Shown piece after piece: positions 17,601 through 28,200 of a stretch of DNA of 64,000 nt. The DNA is from a virus. Every line of letters starts with the position of its first letter. Within the stretch, counting starts at the first letter, position 1. Location: the IMG/VR virus record IMGVR_UViG_3300020469_000001, positions 1 through 64,000 of that record; one strand, 5' to 3'. The notes below the pieces were generated by a model. That model worked only from the letters and a program-made list of their open reading frames with translations. It ran no database searches and was not told the DNA's origin. The position numbers and the translations under genes are program-made.

Positions 17601-20600
17601 TTCTTTTGATTTTGTGAAAGTTTGTGCTTTTGTTACTGTGAGTTCATTTTCTATATTTATAGAGTATTCTATCTCTGCAGTATTAGCTGAGGTTGTGAAA
17701 GAACTATGATTGCCAATCGTTACATTAGCATGTGCTGATGCAGTGTTAAGTGTATAACTACCTACTGTAATATTAGTATCAGAGTTAGTTGTAACTGAGA
17801 ATTGGTCTGTTCCCGGTGTACCTGTGTTTGCTACTGGAGTAAGTCTTGTTGCTCCTCTGTATACTTCTATTGATGTTCCTGAGTTTGTAAAATCTGATAC
17901 TGCACCTGCTTTTGTTGCTGGAAAAGTATGAGCTTCATTAGATAGTATTGGAGTATATCCTGCACTTCCTTGTTGTAGTGATGCGATAGTAATACTATCA
18001 AAAGCAAGTTCTACTTGGTTACCATCCGCTACTCCTACTCTAACTGTTTGAGGGCTAGTATTTATGCTTGCTGGTACACTAAATGTAAAAGTATCTTGCG
18101 CACCTGAGCCATCTGTGTAAGAAGTTTCATCACTTATACCATCCCCTGTAAATTTAAAGTAAGGGTCATCAAAGTTTTGTGATGTTGCTGTCAAAGTAAT
18201 TGTACTACTTGGGCTTGGACTTGTTCCACCAGAGTTGTAAATAATAGAGAAGTCTGACGCTGTTAGGTTAACAGTTCTTGAATCTGTACCTGCTCCAGCT
18301 GCTCCTGGTATACTTTTACCTAGTGAAATAACTCTTGTTCCGATTGTTTCACCTGTGTATCTATCCGTAATTGTGACTGTAATTTTAGCTGTTGTTTGTG
18401 TTATTGCACTAACAGTTATTTCTCCTGTTGAGGAGTTGATTGCTGAAGTACAATTTGTATCTGCCTTTGATAACCCAAAAGTATTAAGGGCAGTACCACT
18501 ACTTGCAAATGCTAATGTTACTGAGCCTTTTTTGATTGAGTAGATATTTGAGAAACTAGAGAAATCACTTACTGTTCCGTTTGAAGCTGAAGGGAAGTTA
18601 TGGTTTTCATTTGTACCATTTACAGAGTATGCATCTGTACCCTTGTTACCACTAGCATAGTTTACTATAGAGAAAGTACCGCTTGTATTAGCTACTTCTC
18701 CAATAATAGTATCTTTGATAAAGTTTGGTTGTATTCTTTGTGAGAATACATTTTTGTTTGTTAAGTTTGCTGTTGGAGTATACGCTACTTCAAGAGCTGT
18801 GTTACTATGAATATGGTTAACTGTTGCTATAAATCTTGTAGTTCCACTATCATATATGAACATATCTCCAGCTTCGTACTCTGTTAAGAAATTTGTTCCT
18901 GTTCCTATAACAACTGTATTTCCTGCAACAACATTTGCTGTTCCTGTCTTTTGTACAAAAGCAGTTGCGTCTAAATTTTTTGAATATCTGAATAAGTCAG
19001 CACCAGTATTATCTTTTACATATTCTATCGCTTTTAGTGGGTCAGTAGTATCACTATAATCCCACAATAGATAACCAGTCTTTCCACTAGCTAAGTTTGA
19101 AAAGCTACATGAAGTTTGAGCAGTTGTACCGCTTGTGACTGTTATTGTTTGTAAATCTGATTCTGCTGGAGTAAAATTATAAGTGCTTTCTGTAAACTGC
19201 ACTAATGCATTTGAACTGTCTATATTAAAACCAGTTGTTAACATTCCGCCTTTTCTTACATATGGCTCTAAATTTTTTGCTGGTTTTTCAGGGTTAATAG
19301 TTATTCTTCTTTGAACATATGGAGAAGGTGCTCCATTCGTTGCTACAGTTCTGATTCTTACTATAAACGTACCTGCTTTTGGTATATTATCAAAAGTAAA
19401 ACTTCTTACATCAGGAGATACTGCAACCTTTTGAAAACTTTCTTTACCCGCTGTTACAGAGTTAGTATATAAATTATGTTCTATCTCATAGTGTTGAATA
19501 TGCTCGTAAGGAGTTTCTATCTGAACATCATTTAAATCTTTTCTTTGACTTAATGGTGGTGACCAATATACATCTAATGAAGGAGGTGTAAATCTTTGTT
19601 CATCCGAACTAGTTACCCTTGTTTCATCATCATTATCTCGTATTCCTTTTACTAATTTTAATTGATAACTTCTTGGTTGTGGTACTCCATCTTCGGATTT
19701 AGGAGGTCTTAATACATCAGGAATATTAGAAAGTTTCCACCCTCTATCTACTTCATCGAATTTACCCTCTGATTGTCTAGCTGCTGAAATAGCAAAAGAT
19801 TTATCTTCTTGTTCTTTTATTTCAACAATACTATATTGTTTTGGTGACCCTGCTAATTTTTCTCCTGCTGCTGTTGTCTGTGATATAGCAAAAATTACTT
19901 CCTCAGTTGGTGCAGAACTAAATGCTGAACCTACAACTACATGAGTTGCATTGTAAGAACTAATTGCTTTTGTCTCTATTCTAGTATCTTCTGACCATGC
20001 GATGTCTAATACATTTCCACTATCGTCTCGTGCATTTACAGAGTCTTCTTGCGAATCTAAATTGTATAGAGCATCTGACACATTTTTTCCTTGAAGAATT
20101 AAGTCTCCCTGATTATAAGTAACACTACCTATAGTTGCATTTGGTTGTGCAAGATACGCCCCTGATTTAGGGAATATTAAAGTTAAATCAGCATTTGCAG
20201 CACTGCTTAATGCTACTGTTCTATCTACAGGAATAACTGTTGTTGTTGCTCCGCTTGATACTCTACCACTTAATTGAACATTATCTCTATCTGAGTCTTG
20301 TATTTCAATTAAATCTCCTGGTCTTAGTAATTGTCCGCCAATGCCTGAAGCAAAACTTACAATTTCGCTATCTCGAGTTTCTGTTAGTAAGTGGAACTTA
20401 CCAACTCTATGTGCTTGTGCTTGTGATGTACACCCATAAGCAACTGTTGCTTTAGATGTTATTTGCCTGGTTTCAGCAATATTTGTTGTATCTTCTACTA
20501 GTTCTACTGTTTGTAAATAATGATTATCTGGGTCATTCCAAGTCACTCTTATTTGATTGGCTTGTACTCGTCTAGAAGGGTATGAATATGCAAACTCTCC

Positions 20601-22667
20601 TGCTACTATATTGCCTTTAGTAAAAGTATATAGAGGAGCTTTTTCTTGTTGCATGTTTATAGATACTTCTCCATCATGCCATATTAATATTCCTCTAAAT
20701 ACAGTAAGTAAATCTTTCATTACTTTTATAGCTTCTGTAGTTTTTGAAATATAAATATTAGCACTGAATCTTGGTTCTGTTCCGCCTTTTCCGTCTGGTA
20801 CAAGTTCATCACAGTATTTTGCAAGTTCGAATAATTGGTATGTATCTATTAAATTATCTGTATAATCTTTATACATATACTGACCTAGTCCATATCTTTC
20901 ATTAGTTAGTAAGTCATAAAAAATCCATGCTGGATTATTTGTATATACAGAATTATGATTAGGGTCTGTTGGTGTTGGAAACGCTTTTTTATCTCCTCTA
21001 AATTTACCATCCCAATCTTGATAAGTACTTTCTGCTACTCCTGTAGTAATATTTCTATTATAAGAAGCTGTTTCAGTTCTATTTCCATTTGCATCTAATA
21101 CATCGCTTGGAATGTAATTAGTTGGAACTTTACATTTAATTCCTCTAACTTCATAGCTTCTTTTAGGAACTGTCGTATTATCTTTAGAATCTACCATTAC
21201 AGCTGCATACGCAGTATATGGGTAATTTAGTTTATCTTCTACAATAGCCTCTATAAAACCTACCTGAAGTGCATTATGATAAGATTTATTACTTATTTCA
21301 TAGTTTAGAGGAGTGTACCTTCTTAATTTTATTGTAAAGTTATCAAAGGGTTGAAATTTTTCAGTATCAAAACTAAAGGTAGTTGCAAACTGAGTTGATA
21401 TTTTATCGTATATTATGCCATTGTGTGCGCTATAGTTTGCTGCACCACTAAATGATCCGCTACCATGTGGTCTTGTTCCACCTTTCTCTCTATTTAAGGC
21501 AGCCATATCATCTAATCCAAATATGGTTTCTTCAAATGTTTGTCCATCCCTTTCGTAAGAAAATACTACTCGTAATTCTATCCAAGCAGGACCACTATCT
21601 CCATCTTCGGAGTCACTATTATATAGTCCAGTTGGATGGTTAAAAGTTATTTTAAGTTGATCAATAATAGAGGGGTCTGATAAATTAAATTGACTTGAAG
21701 ATATATTTATACCTGCGTGTGTTGGAGCATCTAATGTATCTCCATCAAAATCATCTAATACAGCTTCATTTCTAGGGTCGCTTGTCATTCCTAGTGCAGA
21801 TTGAGTAGAGGCTGGTAAGTCTTGACCTACTGATATTCCTACTGCTGCTGTTCCTATTCCTTGAGGAGTTACTACAAAGTCTTGGTTTCTATGACCTGTT
21901 CTAAAGGCATATGAAAAGTTTTGAAAGTTGTATATAGGTTTACTATCTTCTGATAAAACAGGAGAACTCATTGTAGCTGGTACATTTGCTCTATCTACTC
22001 CTTGTCCTGAAGGAGATATAGTAGCATTACTACCTGCTATTGATGCTATTTGGTCTACTAAATCTATTGTAGTGGTTGCGTTATTGACTGTAGTTTTTGG
22101 TGGTGGAGATATATTTACTGTTCCATTACCTGAATTAAAAGAAGTGATAGTTGCTACATGAACTCCTCCGTCTTGACCTGCACCTGTGATTCTTATCTTA
22201 GGTTGCATATCAACTAGAGTAGTAATATTTCCGTCTACATGAGTATTTGCAAAAGTTATTCCACTACTTGAACTAGGTGTTATAGTTACTGTATTTGCTA
22301 CTACATTGGAGTTACCTACTGCAGCTCCCCCATCTATTCTTATAAATCTAGAACCGTCATCAGTTGATAATCCTGTAAACATGTTTGCGGTTTCATTATC
22401 TGTAATAGTACCTGTACTTGCAGTATATGATATATTTGAACTTTGTTTTGCTGAGTATTGAACACTATAAGTTTTATCTAGTACTGGAGTTCCATTTAAA
22501 TAGATAGTGTATGCACCATCTACTAAACCTTCAATTTCTCCTTCTGAAATAGCATCATAAACAATCGCAGACTGGTCTATAAAAGACTGTCTGTTAGTAT
22601 CTTGCAGTGGCCCTTTGCCGCTGCCTATTCCTGATGCTGTACTATCTTTATCTCTACTTGTACTCAT
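14604..22667 (-). CDS. Tail tip/central fibre protein (lambda gpJ/TipJ-like) with FN3-like, coiled-coil and C-terminal Hint domains
   Basis: DAISEGEIEGLV, YPYTAY, NNPAWIFYDLLTNERYGLG, YCDELVPDGKGGTEPRF, LRPGDLIEI. Confidence 0.92.
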   Translation of the reverse strand: MSTSRDKDSTASGIGSGKGPLQDTNRQSFIDQSAIVYDAISEGEIEGLVDGAYTIYLNGTPVLDKTYSVQYSAKQSSNISYTASTGTITDNETANMFTGLSTDDGSRFIRIDGGAAVGNSNVVANTVTITPSSSSGITFANTHVDGNITTLVDMQPKIRITGAGQDGGVHVATITSFNSGNGTVNISPPPKTTVNNATTTIDLVDQIASIAGSNATISPSGQGVDRANVPATMSSPVLSEDSKPIYNFQNFSYAFRTGHRNQDFVVTPQGIGTAAVGISVGQDLPASTQSALGMTSDPRNEAVLDDFDGDTLDAPTHAGINISSSQFNLSDPSIIDQLKITFNHPTGLYNSDSEDGDSGPAWIELRVVFSYERDGQTFEETIFGLDDMAALNREKGGTRPHGSGSFSGAANYSAHNGIIYDKISTQFATTFSFDTEKFQPFDNFTIKLRRYTPLNYEISNKSYHNALQVGFIEAIVEDKLNYPYTAYAAVMVDSKDNTTVPKRSYEVRGIKCKVPTNYIPSDVLDANGNRTETASYNRNITTGVAESTYQDWDGKFRGDKKAFPTPTDPNHNSVYTNNPAWIFYDLLTNERYGLGQYMYKDYTDNLIDTYQLFELAKYCDELVPDGKGGTEPRFSANIYISKTTEAIKVMKDLLTVFRGILIWHDGEVSINMQQEKAPLYTFTKGNIVAGEFAYSYPSRRVQANQIRVTWNDPDNHYLQTVELVEDTTNIAETRQITSKATVAYGCTSQAQAHRVGKFHLLTETRDSEIVSFASGIGGQLLRPGDLIEIQDSDRDNVQLSGRVSSGATTTVIPVDRTVALSSAANADLTLIFPKSGAYLAQPNATIGSVTYNQGDLILQGKNVSDALYNLDSQEDSVNARDDSGNVLDIAWSEDTRIETKAISSYNATHVVVGSAFSSAPTEEVIFAISQTTAAGEKLAGSPKQYSIVEIKEQEDKSFAISAARQSEGKFDEVDRGWKLSNIPDVLRPPKSEDGVPQPRSYQLKLVKGIRDNDDETRVTSSDEQRFTPPSLDVYWSPPLSQRKDLNDVQIETPYEHIQHYEIEHNLYTNSVTAGKESFQKVAVSPDVRSFTFDNIPKAGTFIVRIRTVATNGAPSPYVQRRITINPEKPAKNLEPYVRKGGMLTTGFNIDSSNALVQFTESTYNFTPAESDLQTITVTSGTTAQTSCSFSNLASGKTGYLLWDYSDTTDPLKAIEYVKDNTGADLFRYSKNLDATAFVQKTGTANVVAGNTVVIGTGTNFLTEYEAGDMFIYDSGTTRFIATVNHIHSNTALEVAYTPTANLTNKNVFSQRIQPNFIKDTIIGEVANTSGTFSIVNYASGNKGTDAYSVNGTNENHNFPSASNGTVSDFSSFSNIYSIKKGSVTLAFASSGTALNTFGLSKADTNCTSAINSSTGEITVSAITQTTAKITVTITDRYTGETIGTRVISLGKSIPGAAGAGTDSRTVNLTASDFSIIYNSGGTSPSPSSTITLTATSQNFDDPYFKFTGDGISDETSYTDGSGAQDTFTFSVPASINTSPQTVRVGVADGNQVELAFDSITIASLQQGSAGYTPILSNEAHTFPATKAGAVSDFTNSGTSIEVYRGATRLTPVANTGTPGTDQFSVTTNSDTNITVGSYTLNTASAHANVTIGNHSSFTTSANTAEIEYSINIENELTVTKAQTFTKSKEGDDGAAGGTGPRTATGYIFYQSSSSSSPGNPSNAGISYSFSTSLLSGGVIGTGGTNWNQIQPTYTGSNSNKYWYAYFSVVEDEFNDSTPTITFSQAYQGQNFTGLVTFTGTNSITDGTNTHTGITSSDLGSSGTTTIDGGRITTGTIDAARINIAGKDISDLNNDSGFTDDDKANSAFTQANSAFSKGNTAHTAANSAFGQANSAFSKGNTAHTAANSAHAAANTKVTHAAVNSSSTIVGGGIGGWSITTYHIAGGGIVGNFTTNDNTQGNASFLNTGGLLLGSDGFISANQFYIDTAGNAKFKGELQAATGSFSGSISVGAFNTAAGSSTLSGTVNSAFTQANSAFTQANSAFGQANSAFGQANSAFGQANTATTNAASADTKAGNAFTQANTATTNAAAADTKAGNAFGQANTATTNAAAADTKAGNAYGQANTATTNAASADTKAGNAYGQANTATTNAAAADTKAGNAYGQANTATTNAATAQSTADSKVTHAAVNASSTVVGGGIGGWSISQYHLAGGGIVGNFTTTDSTQGNNAFLNTGGILLGSDGFISANTFMIDTAGNAKFKGTLEGDDIVVNGTLVVPSSGANVSGSTVGSWSTNTMDNKHIVSVGSGPGFYQGFVRLTGGTNHVKTISIQARTGSSTASDGTLIYETPRVDQYTAGNLSEGRLFSSAQTANMPIAFTYTGSGNVSMFIRAQADTGPDTVGSAEARFIKFGTTDPVFSFANQTGVALNTATYSNTQVVGGFQGTKTASISNTSFTRFKIDNGSFGTSNQNIANGSYINVEITSANANLTARTSTVTIGEASADYTVTTGGTSGGGGGNPPGGGGGCFVQGTPVVMADGTTKAIEDVTAGENVKSFRHSSLSLDENAWETWTTPEIGSGSFGTSNVVEVTDPHSHTNYYWINYNLKVTNEHPMLTFKDDVFKFVIVEDLRVGDFLICEDGTREEIFAIPKVTQSCITHNMDVEDDDTYVVRGGNNKGYVAHNVGGNQKA
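14628..15095 (-). other. Hint (intein-like) domain at the TipJ C-terminus
   Basis: GGGGG-CFVQGTPVVMADG...VTNEHP...HNMDVE...YVAHN. Confidence 0.85.
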
Positions 22668-23324
22668 TTAGTGCCTCTTTACTGCAGCATTACCACCGCC
22701 GCCACCGCCGCCGCCTACGCTGCTACCATAATCTTGTTGATCTGGGTTATTAATATTTACCCAACCGCCATTTTGTTTTATTCTTGTTCCCGTAAACCCA
22801 AAGTTTATTGGAGCGCCTGTTACTTCTAATTTACCATAACATAAAGGAATAGGTACACCTTGTTTTACAACATTTGGTGGTCCACCAAATATTGCTGGTT
22901 CATCATTTTTTGCAGGTGTATCATCCATTTGTAGTCCTAACATTCCGTCAAACATAATATAACTACCTATAGCTGCTAAAGCTAAAAAGGCAGGGTTTAC
23001 AAAGAATGCAAGTATTACTGCAATTACTGTTAGTATTGCACCTAAGTCTCTTTTTGCTCCGTCACTAAGAGAACCTTGAGGAACTGGCATGATGAACACA
23101 TCATCACTACCAAAACTTAGAGTTTCCTCTCCTTCTCTTAAAAATTCACTTCCTCTTTTTATTACATAGTCTATACCTTTTTCGTTTTCTTCAGTAAAAA
23201 AGTTGTAAAACCCTTTTCTTTGGACAGCAATAGCCCTAAGCAATTGCTTAGTATGTTTTACTTCTAAGTTAAAATGTTCGCCGAACTTCTTTCCAGCTTT
23301 TCCTAATAAATGTACTTTTGTCAT
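22668..23324 (-). CDS. Tail assembly protein I-like
   Basis: VHLLG..GKKFG; IMPVPQGS; hydrophobic segment; QGVPIPLCYG. Confidence 0.85.
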   Translation of the reverse strand: MTKVHLLGKAGKKFGEHFNLEVKHTKQLLRAIAVQRKGFYNFFTEENEKGIDYVIKRGSEFLREGEETLSFGSDDVFIMPVPQGSLSDGAKRDLGAILTVIAVILAFFVNPAFLALAAIGSYIMFDGMLGLQMDDTPAKNDEPAIFGGPPNVVKQGVPIPLCYGKLEVTGAPINFGFTGTRIKQNGGWVNINNPDQQDYGSSVGGGGGGGGNAAVKRH

Positions 23325-23629
23325 TTTGGCTCCACTATGCAGTAGTCTTTTTCTGGGTAGGACACGATTAAATATGGTATACCTACCGAGTTGCAGTTAT
23401 CAATATCATGTTGACTCGGATTACATTTTGAGTCGTAGTGACTATGGACAACATATTTTATTTTTGAATTTAATTGATATATACCGAAAGCTATTGCGTC
23501 CATTTTAAAGTGTGATTTTTTATCATCTGCAATATTCTCAAATTCGATAAATTCATTATCAACAGTAACAATTCCACACATTTCTTCTGGTGCTCTTTCT
23601 TTAGCTGCTTCATATATTGAATCTAACAT
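23321..23629 (-). CDS. Tail tip protein K-like, JAB/MPN domain only
   Basis: PEEMCG, VHSH...PSQHD, PYLIVS; no NlpC/P60 half. Confidence 0.85.
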   Translation of the reverse strand: MLDSIYEAAKERAPEEMCGIVTVDNEFIEFENIADDKKSHFKMDAIAFGIYQLNSKIKYVVHSHYDSKCNPSQHDIDNCNSVGIPYLIVSYPEKDYCIVEPK

Positions 23630-24867
23630 TAGTTGAACGCCTTTGTCCCTGGAAATCCCCCGAAAGGAATTACAACTGTTGTACTAAAATCTGGATTACC
23701 AGTAGTACTTGAACTACTTGCTGTTTTTGGATTAAATCCAAATCTCATTCCACATCCGTCTAAGGATTTACTACATATATCTCCTCTTTCCCATTGTAAA
23801 CTGTGGGCAGGTGCAATACTATCATTAGTCTTTCTTGTTTTCCATAGTAATGTTTTTTGATATGTTTCATGCCCTGCTGCTGCAGTATTATCAGTAAAAG
23901 TGACATAATCATTATACTTATCATCTTCATAAGCAAAATAAGTTGTACCATGAGAATAAGCGCCATAGACTCTTACTCTCTTAAAATTACTATTAGTATC
24001 GGAAACCGTTCCTGGACTAGAATTTGTTACTGTTGCCTGCCAATAATTATTTACAGTTACAGTAGATACCGTTCCATCTAGGTTAAATCTTCTTATACTA
24101 GAAGTAGTGCTATAATAGTTTCCCTTAGTTATATTTCCTACGCTAGTAGAAAAACTAGTACTACTTGGTACTAGATACTCATCATCTTGATTTACATATA
24201 CTGTATACTCTACATTTTGTCCTGCTACAGTATTATTATAACTTGGATTATATTTGCTTTCTATATGCCAAGTACACCCACTTCTTGCTCTTTTATATTC
24301 AGGATTTTCTGTGTGTTCACTTGCTCCTTGATATATCCATGGACATCTGTTAGGTACAACAGTTCTTTTTGGTAATTTTACTCCTTGTAAATCAAAAGGA
24401 ACTTGCAATTGAAATACAAGAACTTGTTTTGTTCTTTGTTTTAGAGAATCAATATAGTATACATCTCTTGGGTATTCAATAGGTGGTGAATTACTATCTC
24501 CTTCACTTTTTAAATATTTTCGTAAAGTAGTTCTTCTTACAACTCTTTTTCCTGCAAAATCTTCATAGTCTATACTATCTACTGCTAAACCAAATACTGA
24601 TAAAGCATTTGCAAAAGCCATTGTAGGTGCTGGAAGCTTTGTTGCCGCTGTTCTATCTAGTCCCTTAAATTCTATAGGTAGTGCTTTGTAAGTATTTGTT
24701 TGACTATTATTACTATAATCAAGCATAGTTACTTCACTTAGACTTGCGTCTAATCCATCATGAAAATATGCAAACTCATCATCTTTGTACTCTATCTCGT
24801 ATAGATGTACCAATGCTGAGCCTGGGTCTTGTTTTTGCAAGTCCTTTACTATTATTTTCTCTGACAT
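23629..24867 (-). CDS. Minor tail protein L-like with insertion
   Basis: RRTTLRKYL, LPKR...CPWIYQG..C, DICSKSLDGC..RF, PFGGFPG. Confidence 0.88.
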   Translation of the reverse strand: MSEKIIVKDLQKQDPGSALVHLYEIEYKDDEFAYFHDGLDASLSEVTMLDYSNNSQTNTYKALPIEFKGLDRTAATKLPAPTMAFANALSVFGLAVDSIDYEDFAGKRVVRRTTLRKYLKSEGDSNSPPIEYPRDVYYIDSLKQRTKQVLVFQLQVPFDLQGVKLPKRTVVPNRCPWIYQGASEHTENPEYKRARSGCTWHIESKYNPSYNNTVAGQNVEYTVYVNQDDEYLVPSSTSFSTSVGNITKGNYYSTTSSIRRFNLDGTVSTVTVNNYWQATVTNSSPGTVSDTNSNFKRVRVYGAYSHGTTYFAYEDDKYNDYVTFTDNTAAAGHETYQKTLLWKTRKTNDSIAPAHSLQWERGDICSKSLDGCGMRFGFNPKTASSSSTTGNPDFSTTVVIPFGGFPGTKAFN

Positions 24868-25262
24868 TATGCTTCGTAAACTCTCCTGAATGTCGCATTT
24901 AAAGAGTAATAGTCATCATACTCCCAAGTTTGGCTCCATTCTTGACATACAACTTTTATAGTTTCAGTATTGCTTCCTGCATTAGAATCCGCTAAGTCAA
25001 ATCTAAATTTACTTACTCCTTGCAAAGATTCAAAGAAAGCAACAAGATCATCTATCTCTGCTTTTGGTCGAGTTTGAAAAGTTACTTCCATTTCTTGTGC
25101 TAAATTATTTATACCATTTGCTATTCTTTGTTCATAACCATCTCCAAACTGAATTGTAAAAGTTCTTGGGTTATTAGTTCTTGTTAGTGATTTGTCTGGT
25201 TGTACAGCACTAGAGAATCCAGTGATATTTGAACCATCATTTTGCATTATTCCTAAAGCCAT
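24867..25262 (-). CDS. Minor tail protein M / distal tail protein
   Basis: FGDGYEQR..GINN; ATFRRVYE. Confidence 0.9.
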   Translation of the reverse strand: MALGIMQNDGSNITGFSSAVQPDKSLTRTNNPRTFTIQFGDGYEQRIANGINNLAQEMEVTFQTRPKAEIDDLVAFFESLQGVSKFRFDLADSNAGSNTETIKVVCQEWSQTWEYDDYYSLNATFRRVYEA

Positions 25263-28200
25263 TATATACTACTTAAAAGTCCTCCTGATCGTTGCTCTTT
25301 TGCAATTGTATCTTGTGCTACTGATGCAATAACTTTGCCTAGTTCTCTTGCACCATCTCCAGTTAATAGAGTATCTGCATTACCATTTTGGTCTACATTT
25401 ACAGTAACATTTACATTGTTATTTCCACCTGAGCCTTGCATTTTTACAGGGACACTTCTGTCATTTCCTAATGGAATTACTGCTTCTGTTCCGTGAAGAG
25501 TTGCTTTATAACCAGCTTCTGGTCCTTCTGCTATTCCTCCCCCAGCAAATGATTGACCATTAAATACTCCACCATATCTAGCAGGTATAAAGTCTAGATA
25601 CTGTCCTATTTTCATAGCCATTTCTGCAACTGCTAGTGCCATTTGTATTTTTGCTACTTCCATCATTATGTCTGCAGCTTCTTCTTGTTTTCCTGCTAGT
25701 GCTAATCCTTGTGCGGTTAAAGTAGCAAATTGAGTTATAACTGTTCCAAACTCCATTACTGATTGTCCAAACTGTCCAAAAGCTGGTGTTGATCCTTCTG
25801 CTGTTCCCATTAGAGCAGGGAACATAGCTTTAGTTTGATCCATGAAAGTTGCAGCACCCCCACCACCTATAGCTCCACCTGAATAAGCGTCCCCTGCTTC
25901 GTTACCAGTAGATTCATTAGTTGTATTAAAGTCTCCAGTGTTTGGATTAAACTCTCTGCTAGTATTACTTGGATCTGAAAACTCAAGATCTTTGAGTCCA
26001 GTTTTGTCTATTCTAGTGTCTAAGTCTTTTATAGAGTTGTCTAGGTTAAGGGATGTTTTTGTTAAATCGCTATTAATTTTTTCGTACTCTTTAGCAGTTT
26101 TTACTCCTCCCTTTAGTGCCCTTTCGTTGGCTTCATAAGTGCTTAAATGTTTTTCTACCACCGCAAAGAATTGGCCAATTTTTGTATCTTTTAATCCATC
26201 AAGGATTCTTGGGTCTAGATTTTGGTATGATTCTAATCCTGATCTTGCCCTCCCCATATCACCACTCTGTATTCCAAGTACAGCATCCAACTTAGCAGCA
26301 GTAATATCGTTGTTAAGAGATTTTCGCTTATCTCCGAATCCACCTGAATATCCTTCAAAGTCTCTTACTGAGTCGAACTGGGCGTTAATCATCTTTATGA
26401 TAGAGCCTGAATAGTTCCTATCTCCGTACTTTGAATTAGCAGTAGATGTGTAGTCCCCGTATACACCATGGGCGGCTTTCTCAATGGCTGTTCGTATGTC
26501 GTACTGTTCCTTTCTCATGCCTTCCATACCACCTGAACCTAGCAGAACATTATTCGTAGCAATTTCGTTGTCTATATCTTTTTTAGTTAACTCAAGTCTA
26601 TTTCTTTCTGCTATCATGATGTCTCTTTCGGCAGTTTTTATTTTGTATGAATGGTAGTTTGCAGCAGCTATCATTCTATCGTAAATACTTTTTGAAGCAT
26701 CTGCACCGCCTTCGTCAAATGCTTTATATAGATTTACACTTGCATCTTTACCGCCTGTATCTAAAGCTTTATAAGCATTATTAGCATTATCATTTCCAGC
26801 TGCTTGCATTTTTTTTGCAGTATCTCTTCCTTTTTGTTCAAGCATTTCTTCTACTTGTGTAGAGTATTTTTTCATTTGTACATCAGGGTCTAATGGAGTT
26901 CCTCTATAAGAGATTCTCATAATTCTATCTGCTAGTGCTTTACCTAAAGAATCTGTAAGTACTTTTACCATACTCTTACCAAATTCTTTCATACTGACGC
27001 TTTCGCCTCTAAATACTTTTCCTAATGTGGTTCCAAATTCGTTTCCAAAAGCTTCGGCTGCTTTTCCAAAAGCACTTATAAATTTGTTCTGCTCTGCTAT
27101 CATCATAGCAAGTCTTTCTTTTTCTAGTTTTAGTTGTTGTTCTGCAAATTTTAATTTTTGTTTGGCAAAGTCTTTTTCCATGCTTTCGTTCATGTTCTCT
27201 ATTGCCATTTGTTTGCCCATAATATCTTCTCTTTGAGCTAGTATAGTATTAATTTGTCCTGCTAATTTTAATGAGTTTTTAATATCTTGTTTAGCACCAA
27301 ATAATGCAGTTCCTGCAGTAAGACCTCTTCTTTGAGCTTCTACAAACTCCATCTGTCTAGCTGTTGCAAGTTTAAACATGGTAACAAATCCTTCTAGTCT
27401 TAGTAGAGTTATTTGATATTCTGCATTTGCTCTAGCTTGTTCTTCTGTTGAAAGTTGAGTTGACTCTTTAAATGCATATTGTTCTTTTTGATATTCATTT
27501 AAAGACATTACAATATCTTGGAAAGGAATCTTTGTTCCTTTTTGTACGAAAGCATTAAATTGTTTTGTAAAGTTAGCTTGGGCTCTAGTCATACTATCTA
27601 CTGACTGCCCTGCTCTTATTGCATCGTCAGAGAATAGTTTTAACTCATTAGCCATATTGAAAGCAGCTACAGGGTTTGTTTCTAGTAATCTTGCAAACTC
27701 TATAAATCTTTCATCAAAATGTCCTAGTTGTAAAGCGACCATCTGAAGTCCGCCTATATTTTCTTTGACAGCATCACTATCACGACCAAGTACATAAAAC
27801 GATCTTTCTGTTTGATCTATTTGAGCAGCGATATCAGCACTTTGGAAAGCTCCGCCAACTGCTCTTATTCTTTCTTCTGCTCCTGCAAATAAATCTTCTC
27901 TGAAAAAATTAGCAGTTTTACCTATTTCTTCAGACAGACTTTTCATAGATTCAGTATGTTCTTCAGTTTTTTCTATTGCTTTTTGTTGTTCTTCATCTAT
28001 ATCTCTAAACATATCAACGAGTTGTTTACCCATTTGAAATATCATAACAGCGATACCAATAAAACCTGCCATTCTCATAATACCATTCATAGCTCTACCA
28101 AACGCCACACCTGCCATCTTCATAGATCCCATGACTTGACCGTGTACTGCTTGCATTTCATAAAGGTCGGCTTTGAAATTATTTTTCATTCTTTCAAAAC

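Noticed and set aside
8410-22161. Plus-strand ORFs antisense to the fibre and TipJ genes
   Set aside because: Antisense shadows of Ala/Thr-rich coding sequence
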